Of a stretch of 51,101 nt of DNA, positions 1-8,630 are shown piece by piece; positions within the stretch are counted from its first letter, which is position 1; each line of letters begins with the position of its first letter. Location: contig DAISWF010000010.1 of assembly GCA_036826495.1 (NCBI GenBank), forward strand, positions 1 through 51,101, given 5' to 3'. Origin of the DNA: Burkholderiaceae bacterium (GTDB lineage: Bacteria > Pseudomonadota > Gammaproteobacteria > Burkholderiales > Burkholderiaceae_E). The translations under genes were made by a program, and so were the position numbers. A model generated the notes under the pieces. That model was not told the origin of the DNA. It did no database searches and saw only the letters and a program-made list of their open reading frames with translations.

Positions 1-513
1 CGGCACGTCGTCGATGCCCTTGGGCTTGACCAGCGGCTCGCCGACGCCCAGGCCGACGGGCAGCCAGTCGCGGTTGGCAGCCAGCGTGTCGTGCAGGCGC
101 ACCAGCGCCTCGGTGCGGGTGACGCCGACCTCGAACTGCACGGGGATGACCGCCAGCCCCGGCCGCGACACCGACATCACGTGCTCGATGCCGGCGATCT
201 GCGCGAGCACCTGCTCGGCCGGCTGCGCGACCATCCGCTCGGCATCGCGCGCGCTCGCGCCCGGGAACGGGATCAGCACGTTGGCCATCGTCACGTCGAT
301 CTGCGGCTCCTCCTCGCGCGGCGTGACGAATACCGCGAAGACCCCCAGCAGCACCGCGACCAGCGCCAGCAGCGGCGTGATGCGGGCCGACTCGAAGTAG
401 CCGGCGATCCGGCCGGAGATGCCGAGGCGGCGGGCGCCGTCAAGCTCGTCATCGCGGATGCCGCCGCGCATGTCGACGTCCGTCGCGTCGCGCGTTCGAC
501 CGTGCGCATCCAT
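1..513 (-). CDS. RND (AcrB-type) efflux permease, N-terminal 171 codons; gene continues past window start
   Basis: Absent from the ORF track because it is open at the window edge. Minus-strand translation from ATG at 513 gives MDAHGRTRD...ISGRIAGYFESARITPLLALVAVLLGVFAVFVTPREEEPQIDVTMANVLIPFPGASARDAERMVAQPAEQVL... This is TM1 followed by the conserved RND porter-domain start. It begins 8 nt after the adaptor stop at 522. Confidence 0.8.
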   Translation of the reverse strand, partial: MDAHGRTRDATDVDMRGGIRDDELDGARRLGISGRIAGYFESARITPLLALVAVLLGVFAVFVTPREEEPQIDVTMANVLIPFPGASARDAERMVAQPAEQVLAQIAGIEHVMSVSRPGLAVIPVQFEVGVTRTEALVRLHDTLAANRDWLPVGLGVGEPLVKPKGIDDVP

Positions 514-521
514 CGCCGGCC

Positions 522-1718
522 TCACCGCTGACGCGCGGCGGCCGCCGGGTCGAGTGCGACGCGCTCGCCCTCCGACAGCCCGGCCAGCACCTCGACCCTG
601 TCGCCATGGACACGACCCGGCCGCACCTGCCGCAACTGCGGCCGACCCTCGGCGCCGACCACGTAGACGCCGGCGAACTCGGTGCGCCGCACCAGCGCCG
701 CGACCGGGATCGTCACTCGTCCGGACGCCTGCGCGGCACTGCCGCTCGCTTGCGTTGCACTGCCGCCCACTTGCGCCGCCGCACCGCCAGCCGCCCGCGC
801 CGCGCCGGCGACCGGCGACAGCGGCAGCGCGCCCCGCACGAACTGCCCGGGTGCGAGGCCGGCCGCGGCCGCCGACGGCAGCGGCACCCGCAACTCGAAC
901 GCATGGCTGGCCGGATCGGCGACCGGCATCAGCAGCGCCGGCAGGTCGGCCAGCTCGCGGACCGCCCCGTCGTCACCGGACGACAGGCGCACGGTCACCG
1001 GCCGGTCACGGCGGAACGCCGCCGCGACCCCTTCCGGCACGGTGGCCGACACCCGCAGGTCGGCCGGGTCGAACAGCTCCAGCAGCGGCTTGTCGGGCAT
1101 CGCCATGTCGCCCTGCTCGACCATCGTCCGCGACACCGTGCCGGCGAACGGCGCGGCCACGGTGTGCAGCGCGGTGACGGTGCTGGCCGCGCCGGCCTGT
1201 GCGATCGTCGCGCGCGCCTGCGCGGCGGCTGCGTCGTATTGCGCCTGCGCGCGTTCCATCGCGGCCTGGCTCACGTACTGCTTGCGATGCAACCGGTCGG
1301 TGCGCTCGAGCTCCTTGCGCGCTGCTTCGAGCGCCGCATTGGCCGCCGCCACCTGGGCTCTGCTGGCGCCGGCCTGCTGGCTGGCGGTGCGCTCGTCGAT
1401 CCGCGCGATCACCTGGCCGCGGGCGACCCGGTCGCCGGCGCGCACGTCGAAGCGGGTCAGCCGGCCCGCCACCTGCGCCGACAAGGTGATCCGCCGCGCC
1501 GCCTCGACGACGCCTTCGGCGATGTACACCGGCTCGAGCGACTGCCGGGCGGCAACCGCGGTCGCCAGCGCGGGCGCCGTCGCAGCCTTCGACGGAGCGG
1601 CCGGCGCGCCGGCCTCGCCCGCCGTCGCGACATCGATGCCGGCGCCGGTCAGGCCGGTGCCCAGCAACAGCGCGGCCAGGACAGTGCGGTGAAGGCCGTG
1701 GATTCGAGCGGGTATCAC
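522..1718 (-). CDS. RND efflux periplasmic adaptor (membrane fusion protein, HlyD family)
   Basis: 398 aa with GTG start. Has a signal/anchor segment (LAALLLGTGLTGAG), a lipoyl-like segment (AQVAGRLTRFDVRAGDRVARGQVIARID), a coiled-coil hairpin rich in A/Q/R, and a beta-barrel ending (VYVVG...RQVRPGRVHGDRVEVLAGLSEGERV). Lies directly upstream of the RND permease. Confidence 0.9.
   Translation of the reverse strand: MIPARIHGLHRTVLAALLLGTGLTGAGIDVATAGEAGAPAAPSKAATAPALATAVAARQSLEPVYIAEGVVEAARRITLSAQVAGRLTRFDVRAGDRVARGQVIARIDERTASQQAGASRAQVAAANAALEAARKELERTDRLHRKQYVSQAAMERAQAQYDAAAAQARATIAQAGAASTVTALHTVAAPFAGTVSRTMVEQGDMAMPDKPLLELFDPADLRVSATVPEGVAAAFRRDRPVTVRLSSGDDGAVRELADLPALLMPVADPASHAFELRVPLPSAAAAGLAPGQFVRGALPLSPVAGAARAAGGAAAQVGGSATQASGSAAQASGRVTIPVAALVRRTEFAGVYVVGAEGRPQLRQVRPGRVHGDRVEVLAGLSEGERVALDPAAAARQR
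727..789 (-). repeat. In-frame imperfect 21-nt tandem repeat (about 2.5-3 units) inside the adaptor gene
   Basis: Units are 727-747 gcctgcgcggcactgccgctc and 748-768 gcttgcgttgcactgccgccc (17/21 identical), then a more diverged third unit. Together they encode the low-complexity insert AAQVGGS/ATQASGS/AAQASGR. Confidence 0.6.
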
Positions 1719-1730
1719 GGGCGAACCTTG

Positions 1731-1765
1731 TTCACTACTTAATCGTTGATTGGTTATATAGTAGT
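1731..1765. promoter_or_regulatory. AT-rich divergent promoter/operator island between the adaptor and the ArsR gene
   Basis: Only AT-rich stretch in the neighbourhood. Contains TTCACT (1731-1736), an 18-nt spacer, then TATATA (1755-1760), upstream of the ArsR start. Also carries the inverted repeat ACTACT (1734-1739) / AGTAGT (1760-1765). Confidence 0.35.
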
Positions 1766-1790
1766 TTCACGATAAATAAACGTCAACTCC

Positions 1791-2201
1791 GTGTCGGGCC
1801 CGCATCGATCCCGCCCGGTCACGAATCGCACGATGAGCGTTCCCCGCGAGACGAACGGTGCCTGCGCGCCCGCCTGCGGCCTGCCGCCGCAGGCGGCCCG
1901 GCTGTTCCGGGTGTTGGCCGACCCGGCGCGGCTGGAACTGTTGAGGCTGCTGTCGGCAGGCCCGCTGCCGTGCAGAGAGATCGGGCGCCGGCTCGACTGG
2001 CCGGCGGCGCGCGTCGCAGGCGCGCTGGCGTCGCTGCGCGCACTGGGGCTGGTGGAACGTGATGATGCCGGCGGCACCGCCGGCTATCGGATCGCCGCCG
2101 CGGTTCCCGCGTGGCTGGATGAACTGGCGCGGCGTGCGACCCTGGGAGTCAGCCGGAATTCAAACCTGTCCGACCTCCTCCTGAGGCACGCCGGCCGCTG
2201 A
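1791..2201 (+). CDS. ArsR/SmtB-family transcriptional regulator
   Basis: Winged-HTH core LFRVLADPARLELLRLLSAGPLPCREIGRRLDWPAARVAGALASLRALGLVERDD. Preceded by Cys residues (CAPAC). Divergent from the RND operon. Start is uncertain: GTG at 1791 or ATG at 1833. Confidence 0.8.
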   Translation: MSGPHRSRPVTNRTMSVPRETNGACAPACGLPPQAARLFRVLADPARLELLRLLSAGPLPCREIGRRLDWPAARVAGALASLRALGLVERDDAGGTAGYRIAAAVPAWLDELARRATLGVSRNSNLSDLLLRHAGR

Positions 2202-2205
2202 AGTC

Positions 2206-2226
2206 GGCGCCGCCGTCAGCGGCGCC
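2206..2226. terminator. Hairpin between convergent genes (possible bidirectional terminator)
   Basis: Perfect 8-bp GC stem ggcgccgc / gcggcgcc with loop cgtca. Sits between the ArsR stop (2201) and the psiF stop (2236). No clear U-tract. Confidence 0.5.
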
Positions 2227-2235
2227 GCGCGGCGA

Positions 2236-2499
2236 TCACTTCCGCAGGCACTCGCTGAGCGCGGTCTTGCGCTCGTCGCCTTTCTTGCCCGCCACCTCGG
2301 TGTTGCAGACCTTCATCTTCTCCTGCTGACGCTTCTTGCCGTCGGACAGACAGGTTTTCATGAACGCCTTGCGCTCGTCCCCCTTCTTGCCGGCCGCGTC
2401 CTTGTTGCAGGCCGCCATCAGATTCTGCTGGGCGTTGGCGGCATGAGCCGCGGAGGTGGCGAAGAAGGCCAGGGAGACAGCCAGAAGCAGTTTTTTCAT
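2236..2499 (-). CDS. psiF: PsiF-repeat family secreted protein (phosphate-starvation-inducible PsiF-like)
   Basis: Taken from internal Met: MKKLLLAVSLAFFATSAAHA is a signal peptide. It is followed by two copies of the C-x5-AGKKGDERK-x-F/A-x3-CL repeat. The track ORF 2236-2565 has an unlikely 22-aa leader. Confidence 0.8.
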   Translation of the reverse strand: MKKLLLAVSLAFFATSAAHAANAQQNLMAACNKDAAGKKGDERKAFMKTCLSDGKKRQQEKMKVCNTEVAGKKGDERKTALSECLRK

Positions 2500-2670
2500 C
2501 GAAGGTTCCTCGAGTTCCCGAAGTTCGGATGGTTGCCCCGCGAATCCATCATATCCCAAGGACATGCCCTCGACGCTGAGGAAGACCCTTAGCCGACACG
2601 ACAGGTGTTCGTCAGTCGAGCCGGCTCTTTCTTCCGTCCTCCTGGCCGTCTGCCCGCGCCCGCGCCCTCG

Positions 2671-3726
2671 TCAAGCCCTCGCTTCATAGATCAGGTTGAA
2701 CGGCGTCTGCGTCGCGCGACGGAACCGCCCGAAGCCGCCTCCTGTCACGACCTCGCGCATCCGCGCCTCGCCGGCCTGCGCGCCGAGGCACATGCCGACC
2801 TCCTGGGCCCGCGACGCCGGCGTGCAGATGAACGTCGACGCGGAGTAGAAAATGCGGCCCACCGGATTCAGGTTGTCCTCGAGCCGGTCGCCGGCATACG
2901 GTTCGACGATCATCCAGGTGCCGTCCGGCGCCAGGCTCTGCAGCACATGAGCCGATGCGCCGATCGGATCGCCCATGTCGTGCAGCGCGTCGAACACCGT
3001 CACGAAGTCATAGTCGCGCCCCGGGAAGTCCCTGGCGGCGGCGACTTCGAAGCGCACGCGTTCGGCGAGCCCCGCCGCACACGCGGCCTCCGTCGCATGG
3101 GCGATCGACGGGGCGTGATAGTCGAAGCCGACGAAACGCGACGCCGGAAACGCTTCGGCCATCAGCAACGTCGATGCGCCATGACCGCAACCGACGTCGG
3201 CGACCGTCGCGCCGGCGCGCAGCTTGGCCTCCACGCCGTCGAGCGCCGGGATCCAGTTGCCGACCAGATTGGCGGCATAGCCGGGACGGAAGAACCGCTC
3301 GGTGCCATGGAACAGCGACGCGTCGTGCTCGTGCCAGCCCAGACCCAGGCCGGTGCGGAATGCGGCGATCATCTTCGGAATCGCCTTGAACTGCGCGACC
3401 GCGATCTCGAACGCGCCGGGAATGAAGGCCGGACTGCCTTCGACGGCGAGCGCGAACGCCTGCTCGTCGTCGAGCGAGAAGCAGTCGCTGGCCGGGTCAT
3501 AGCGGACGTAGCCGCTCGCCGCCTGCGCCGACAACCATTCGCGCAGGTAGCGTGCATCGGTTTCGGTCCGCGCCGCCAGCGCCTGGGCGGTAAGCGGCCC
3601 GTCGGCCAGTGCCTTGTACAAGCCGAGCCGGTCGCCGACGACGACGGTCGCCGCATGCATCACCGCGCCGAGGTCGCCTACGAAACGGCCCATGAATGCG
3701 TCGAGCCGCGATTGATCGAGTGCCAT
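2671..3726 (-). CDS. Class I SAM-dependent methyltransferase with N-terminal winged-helix/dimerisation domain
   Basis: 351 aa. SAM motif I is VADVGCGHGASTLLMA. Also has an acidic post-I residue (GFDYH) and FDALHDMGDP. The N-terminal about 90 aa (GLYKALADGPLTAQALAARTETDARYLREWL) resembles the wHTH of O-methyltransferase-like proteins. Confidence 0.85.
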   Translation of the reverse strand: MALDQSRLDAFMGRFVGDLGAVMHAATVVVGDRLGLYKALADGPLTAQALAARTETDARYLREWLSAQAASGYVRYDPASDCFSLDDEQAFALAVEGSPAFIPGAFEIAVAQFKAIPKMIAAFRTGLGLGWHEHDASLFHGTERFFRPGYAANLVGNWIPALDGVEAKLRAGATVADVGCGHGASTLLMAEAFPASRFVGFDYHAPSIAHATEAACAAGLAERVRFEVAAARDFPGRDYDFVTVFDALHDMGDPIGASAHVLQSLAPDGTWMIVEPYAGDRLEDNLNPVGRIFYSASTFICTPASRAQEVGMCLGAQAGEARMREVVTGGGFGRFRRATQTPFNLIYEARA

Positions 3727-3844
3727 GATGATTCTCCTGACGTGAGCGAAAACGTGTGCTAAGGTCCGGTCGATCGGGATAGGCCGGCACGGGGCGATCG
3801 CCGGCTCCCGTCAGCGACGATCCACCGTCACCGTTGGAATCAGG

Positions 3845-6800
3845 ATGGGAACGGCCGTGGCAACGTCCGACCCTGCATCGTCCGGCCCGCTGTCCATTCG
3901 CCTGCTCGGCACGATCGAGCTGGCGCGGAACGGTGTCGTGCTGCCGCTGCCGGCCTCGCGGCGCACCCGGGCGCTGCTCGGCTATCTGGTCGCCACCGGC
4001 ACGCCGCAGTCGCGCCAGGCACTGTGCGAGCTGCTGTGGGAAGGGCCCGACGACCCGCGCGCCGAGCTGCGCTGGAGCCTGACCAAGCTGCGCGCGGTCG
4101 TCGACGAGAGCGAAGGCGGGCACGCGCTGCGCCGGCTCGCGGCCGATCGCGAACAGGTCGCGTTCGTCGCCGACCGGTGCACGGTCGACATCACGGTGCT
4201 GCGTTCGCTGACCGCGGCCGGTGTCGGCGCGATGACGCCGGCCGCGCTCGCCGAGGCGGCGCGCCTGCTGCAGCGGGAATTCCTCGACGGCCTGGACCTG
4301 CCCGGCTGCTATCGCTTCCACCACTGGTGCATCGCCGAGCGCGAGCGTCACGGCGCGCTGCGCCGCGCGGTGCTGGAAGCGCTGATCGCCTGCCATCGGC
4401 ACGACCCCGAGCAGGCGCTGAGCCATGGCCGTGCGCTGGTGGCGGCCGACCCGCTGAACGAGGCCGCGCATGCGACGCTGGTGCGGCTGCTGATCGCGGC
4501 CGGCCGTTATCCGGATGCCGAGCAGCACTACGCCTGGGCGGGCGATCTGCTGCGGCGCGAGGTCGCGATGCCGGCCGGCGGCCCGCTCGATCAGGCGATC
4601 CGCCAGGGGCGGCGGGATCTGCGTGCCGGGGCCGGTGCGCAGGCGTCGTCGGGCGCACCGCCGACCGCGGCCGCGGCCGACGAAGAGCCCGGGCACGGCG
4701 AGCTGGTCGGCCGCGCGACCGAGCGTGCCGCGATCACCCGCGCGCTCGCAGGCGGGACGAACGGCCGGCTGCTGCTGTTCGTCGGCGAGCCCGGCATCGG
4801 CAAGACCCGCCTGCTCGATCACCTGGCCGGCGCGGCCGCCGCGGCCGGCCGTCATCTGATCCGCGGCCGCTGCTTCGAGGCCGAGACGGTCCGGCCCTAT
4901 GGCCTGTGGCTGGACGCGCTGCGCGGCATCCCGACCGGCGAGTTGCCCGACCAGATACTCGCCGAGGCCGCCCCGTTGCTCGCCGCACCGGCTGCCGCGG
5001 ACGGCGGTCGCGAGCGCCTGTTCGGCGCGGCGGTGACGCTGCTGCAACGGCTGGCGGCGGCCCGGCCGGTCGTCGTGCTGCTCGACGATCTGCAGTGGAT
5101 CGACGAAGGCTCGGCCGCGCTGCTGCACTTCGTTGCCCGATCGTTCGGCGATCCGGCGCGCCTGCTGCTGGCCGGCGCCGCGCGGGCCGGCGAGATCGAC
5201 GAGAATCCGTGCGCCCGCGGCCTGCTGCAGTCGCTGCGGCGCGACGATCGCCTGCAACGGCTCGATCCGGCGCCGCTGGACGGCGGCGAGGCACGCCTGC
5301 TGCTCGGGCCCGAGGTGTCGAGTGCGGAGGCCGACGAGGCGCTGCGCCGCAGCGGCGGCAATCCGCTCTATCTGCTCGAGCTGGCCCGCGCGGCCCGGCA
5401 CGGTGCCGGCCCGGCCGGCGGCAGCGGGCGCAGTCTCGACGACCTGATCGACGACCGCATCGGCTCGCTCGACGAACCGTCGCGCGAGCTGCTGGCCTGG
5501 GCGGCCGCGATGGGCCGGGCGCTGCAGCCCGATCTGCTCGCGGCGGCGGCCGGCCTGCCGGCGGCCGAGGTGCTGGCCCGGTTCGAACGCTTCGCGCGGC
5601 GCGGCCTCGTCACGATCTCCGCCGACGGTCGGTTCGATTTCGTCCACGACCTGCTGCGCCAGGCGGTCTACCGCCAGTTGTCGCAGCCGCGACGGCGGAC
5701 GATCCACCGCCAGATCATGCGCGCGCTGATCGCCGCCAGCGCCGACGACCCGTGGCTGCACGGCGACGTCGTTCATCACGCGAGTCTCGCCGGCGATGCG
5801 CTGGCGGCCGCGCGCGCCTGTCTGGCGGCCGGCGAGCACTGCCTGCGGGTCCATGCGAATGCCGAAGCGGCGACGGTCGCCGAACGCGGCCTGGATCAGC
5901 TCGCCGACGTTCCGCACGGCGCCGAGCGGGTGCGGCTGGAGATCGGGCTGCTGAGACTGCGGGTCGCCGCCGCGTCGAGCCCCGGCGGGCGGCGCCTGCC
6001 GGCGCTGGCCGAACGGATCGAGCAGGCGATCGCCGCGGCCGAAGCGCTGGCGCTGCACCAGCAGGCCGCCGCCGGCTGGGAGATCCTGGCGTTCTGGCGA
6101 CAGCATGCGAGCGATGCCGACCTCACACGGCAGGCGACGTTGGCGGCCGAACGGATCACCCGTAACGCCGACGCGGCGACGCATTGCATGCAACAGGCCA
6201 ACAGCGGCCGCTGCCTGATGGAGATCGAGGCCGAGCCGGCACGCGCCCGCGCGCTGCTCGACGAAGCGGCGACGCTCGCCGACCGGCTGCAGCTCAAGGT
6301 GATGGAGATCGACTGGGGCCGCGGCCTGATCGCGCGTGCCGCCGGCGACCTGGATGCCGCGCGCGACGCGCTGGCGCGCGCGGTCATGCTGGCCCGGCTG
6401 GCCGACAACCACTGGCGCGAGCACGAATGCCGGATCTGGCAGGCGACGATCGACTACGAGCGCGGCGATCATGCCGGCGTGCTCATGCAGGTCGATGCGA
6501 TCGTCGGCGTTGCGCGCCGGATGGGCGAGGACAGCGCGCCGTTCGCGCAGGCGCTCGCCGCGCTGTCGCGGCTGCGGCGGCGGCGGCGGCTCGCCGATGG
6601 CCGCGGCGGTGCCGGTGCCGGTGCCGGTGCCGCCGCCGACCGCCCGGCTGCCGACGCGGACGCCCGCGCGGCGCTCGCCGCCAGCATCGCCGCGCTGCGC
6701 GAACGCGACGACAAGGCGCATCTGGCCTACGTGCTGAACGAGGCGGCGGCGCTGGCCTGCGACGCCGGCGACACCGGATCGGCCCACGTTCAGGCGACCG

Positions 6801-7000
6801 AAGCGCTCGCCTGCGCGCGGGCGCTGCGCAGGCGAACCGAGATCGCCGTGGCGACTGCGCTGCTGGCAAAGGCGACCGGCGACACTACGCTGCTCGCGCG
6901 CGCGATCGACGCAGCCGACGACTGCCCGCCAAGCGCGCGGGCCGCATCCGCCTGGGCGGCGGCCGGCATTCCAACGCCGGCTCCAACGCCGGCCGCCTAA
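3845..7000 (+). CDS. SARP/AfsR-like regulator: OmpR-type wHTH + BTAD + P-loop NTPase + TPR-like C-terminus
   Basis: 1051 aa. The N-terminus (IRLLGTIELARNGVVLPLPASRRTRALLGYL...LCELLWEG...LRWSLTKLR) is the SARP DNA-binding domain. A BTAD region follows (EALIACHRHDPEQAL...LVRLLIAAGRYPDAEQHY). Walker A is LLLFVGEPGIGKTRLL and Walker B is VVVLLDDLQWIDEGS. The C-terminal half is long and helical-repeat-rich. Confidence 0.85.
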   Translation: MGTAVATSDPASSGPLSIRLLGTIELARNGVVLPLPASRRTRALLGYLVATGTPQSRQALCELLWEGPDDPRAELRWSLTKLRAVVDESEGGHALRRLAADREQVAFVADRCTVDITVLRSLTAAGVGAMTPAALAEAARLLQREFLDGLDLPGCYRFHHWCIAERERHGALRRAVLEALIACHRHDPEQALSHGRALVAADPLNEAAHATLVRLLIAAGRYPDAEQHYAWAGDLLRREVAMPAGGPLDQAIRQGRRDLRAGAGAQASSGAPPTAAAADEEPGHGELVGRATERAAITRALAGGTNGRLLLFVGEPGIGKTRLLDHLAGAAAAAGRHLIRGRCFEAETVRPYGLWLDALRGIPTGELPDQILAEAAPLLAAPAAADGGRERLFGAAVTLLQRLAAARPVVVLLDDLQWIDEGSAALLHFVARSFGDPARLLLAGAARAGEIDENPCARGLLQSLRRDDRLQRLDPAPLDGGEARLLLGPEVSSAEADEALRRSGGNPLYLLELARAARHGAGPAGGSGRSLDDLIDDRIGSLDEPSRELLAWAAAMGRALQPDLLAAAAGLPAAEVLARFERFARRGLVTISADGRFDFVHDLLRQAVYRQLSQPRRRTIHRQIMRALIAASADDPWLHGDVVHHASLAGDALAAARACLAAGEHCLRVHANAEAATVAERGLDQLADVPHGAERVRLEIGLLRLRVAAASSPGGRRLPALAERIEQAIAAAEALALHQQAAAGWEILAFWRQHASDADLTRQATLAAERITRNADAATHCMQQANSGRCLMEIEAEPARARALLDEAATLADRLQLKVMEIDWGRGLIARAAGDLDAARDALARAVMLARLADNHWREHECRIWQATIDYERGDHAGVLMQVDAIVGVARRMGEDSAPFAQALAALSRLRRRRRLADGRGGAGAGAGAAADRPAADADARAALAASIAALRERDDKAHLAYVLNEAAALACDAGDTGSAHVQATEALACARALRRRTEIAVATALLAKATGDTTLLARAIDAADDCPPSARAASAWAAAGIPTPAPTPAA
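6573..6631 (+). repeat. Two adjacent in-frame microsatellites inside the SARP gene: (CGG)5 and (GGTGCC)4
   Basis: cgg x5 at 6573-6587 encodes RRRRR. ggtgcc x4 at 6608-6631 encodes GAGAGAGA. Both lie in a linker of the C-terminal region. Confidence 0.9.
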
Positions 7001-7035
7001 GCTTTCCGTGCCCTCAACCGACACAGGAGAACGCC

Positions 7036-7284
7036 ATGGCACGCATCGTCGTGGAACGCAGCTTCGACACGCCGCAGTCCGACCAGGACATGCAGATCGT
7101 CGCCGACCGGGAGCGGCCGTGTCTGGCGGCCTACAACGTCACCTGGAAACGCAGCCTGATCGCCAGTGACCGCAAGCGGCTGATCTGCGAATACGAAGCC
7201 GCCGAGGCCGAGACGGGGCGCCGCGTGCAGCGCGAAGCGGCCGCGAGCTTCGACCGGGTCTGGGTGGGTGACGTCGTCGAATGA
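7036..7284 (+). CDS. DUF4242-family small protein (SCO4226-like)
   Basis: 82 aa starting MARIVVERSF...VTWKRSLIASDRKRLICEYEAAEAE..., matching the M-x-VER-F ... V-W-x-S ... C-x-Y-x-A pattern of DUF4242. SD aggaga lies 8 nt upstream of ATG 7036. The track buries it in the off-frame ORF 6184-7284. Confidence 0.7.
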   Translation: MARIVVERSFDTPQSDQDMQIVADRERPCLAAYNVTWKRSLIASDRKRLICEYEAAEAETGRRVQREAAASFDRVWVGDVVE

Positions 7285-7396
7285 AGCCCGGCCCGCCGGC
7301 CCATCGAACGCATCGAGCCGCACCAGACAGCGTTGAGCCGGCGCAGGCCGGCGCGACGCCGCGCGGCCGTGCTCAGCCGGGTTCGCTCGCGGATTC

Positions 7397-8593
7397 TCAG
7401 GCCCGCTCGAACACCGCCGCCACCCCCTGCCCGCCGCCGACGCACATCGTCTCCAGCGCATAGCGCCCCTTGCGGCGCTTGAGCTCGTGCAGCAGCGTCG
7501 TGAGGATGCGCGCGCCGGTGGCGCCGATCGGGTGGCCGAGCGAGATGCCCGAGCCGTTGACGTTGAGCCGCGCCGGGTCGTTCCAGCCCCAGCCCTGCAG
7601 CACCGCCAGCACCTGGCAGGCGAACGCCTCGTTCAGCTCCACCAGATCCATCTGGTCGATCTTCATGCCGAGCCGGTCCATCAGCCGCCGCACCGCCGGC
7701 ACCGGCCCGATGCCCATCGTCGCCGGCTCGCAGCCCGCCGCGGCCCAGCCGACCAGATAGGCCATCGGCTCCAGCCGCAGCTCGGCCAGCTTGTCCTCGG
7801 CCACCACCAGGCAGGCGGCGGCCGCATCGTTCTGCTGGCTCGAATTGCCGGCGGTGACCACGCCGTTGGCCATCAGCGGCTTCAGCTTCGCCAGGCTCTC
7901 GATGCTGGTGTCGGGGCGGATGCCCTCGTCGCGCCTGACCACCACCGGATCGCCCTTGCGCTGCGGCACCGTGACCGGCACCACCTCCTCCTCGAACCGG
8001 CCGGCCGCCCAGGCCGCCGCTGCACGCTGGTGGCTGGTGACCGCGTAGGCATCGGCGGCCTCGCGGCCGATGTCGTACTCACGCGCTAGGTTCTCGGCGG
8101 TCTCGATCATTCCCGAGATCCGGCCGAAGCGCTTCTCGGGCTGCGAACGCTCGCGGCCGCGGTCCAGCCGGTCGTGCAGCTTCACGGTGCCCGCGCGGCT
8201 GCCCCAGCGCATGTCGGTGCTGTAGTACTCGATGTTGCTCATGCTCTCGACGCCGCCGGCCAGCACCACGTCGGCGGCACCCGACTGCACCATCATCGCC
8301 GCCGTGGCGATCGCCTGCAGGCCGCCGCCGCAGCGGCGGTCGAGCTGCATGCCCGGCACCGATACCGGCAGCCCGGCCTCCAACGCGAGCCAGCGGCCGA
8401 CGCAGGGCACCTCGCTGTTCGCATACGACTGCGCGAACACCACGTCGTCGATGCGCGCCGGATCGATGCCGCTGCCCTTGACGACCGCCTCGACGACGAC
8501 GGCGCCCAGCCGCTCGACCGGCACCGGCCGCAGGCTGCCGCCGAAGGTGCCGACGGGGGTGCGAAGGGGTTTGACGATGGCGGCTCGGCGCAT
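7397..8593 (-). CDS. Acetyl-CoA C-acetyl/acyltransferase (thiolase II-like)
   Basis: 398 aa. Begins MRRAAIVKPLRTPVGTFGGSL. Active-site Cys region is MQLDRRCGGGLQAI. C-terminal motifs are NVNGSGISLGHPIGATGARIL and CVGGGQGVA. Confidence 0.92.
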   Translation of the reverse strand: MRRAAIVKPLRTPVGTFGGSLRPVPVERLGAVVVEAVVKGSGIDPARIDDVVFAQSYANSEVPCVGRWLALEAGLPVSVPGMQLDRRCGGGLQAIATAAMMVQSGAADVVLAGGVESMSNIEYYSTDMRWGSRAGTVKLHDRLDRGRERSQPEKRFGRISGMIETAENLAREYDIGREAADAYAVTSHQRAAAAWAAGRFEEEVVPVTVPQRKGDPVVVRRDEGIRPDTSIESLAKLKPLMANGVVTAGNSSQQNDAAAACLVVAEDKLAELRLEPMAYLVGWAAAGCEPATMGIGPVPAVRRLMDRLGMKIDQMDLVELNEAFACQVLAVLQGWGWNDPARLNVNGSGISLGHPIGATGARILTTLLHELKRRKGRYALETMCVGGGQGVAAVFERA

Positions 8594-8630
8594 GGCGGTC
8601 TCCTGGCGGAAAGACCGCTAGCGTACACCG

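Noticed and set aside
2500-2670. A Pho box upstream of the psiF-like gene.
   Set aside because: A TATGAT -10-like hexamer is present on the minus strand. However, I found no pair of CTGTCAT-type 7-bp repeats at 11-bp spacing in the -35 position; there is only a single CTGTCGT.
3727-3844. SARP-type heptameric direct repeats at 11/22-bp phasing in the methyltransferase/SARP spacer.
   Set aside because: The only repeated element, CGATCG (3771 and 3795), is 24 bp apart and is a self-palindromic GC-rich hexamer likely to recur by chance.
3845-7000. Whether the large P-loop/TPR STAND protein could be an Avs/antiphage-type defence NTPase.
   Set aside because: The N-terminus is a SARP wHTH plus BTAD transcription-activation module rather than a nuclease, protease, TIR or other effector. 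No defence-island neighbours are present. It was treated as a transcription regulator.
3497-7042. Very long ORFs on the strand opposite to, or out of frame with, well-supported genes. Examples are 3497-7042 (-, 1181 aa), 13129-16761 (+, 1210 aa), 26543-29569 (-, 1008 aa), 43616-46909 (-, 1097 aa), 22510-24828 (-), 46872-49085 (-), 10322-12136 (-), 4024-6165 (+), 23076-24830 (+), 38514-39980 (+) and 49491-51047 (-).
   Set aside because: Their translations are monotonous Arg/Ala/Gly/Pro/Asp strings with no recognisable motifs. Each mirrors a gene with clear family signatures on the other strand or frame. Stop-codon scarcity in very GC-rich DNA produces such ORFs routinely.
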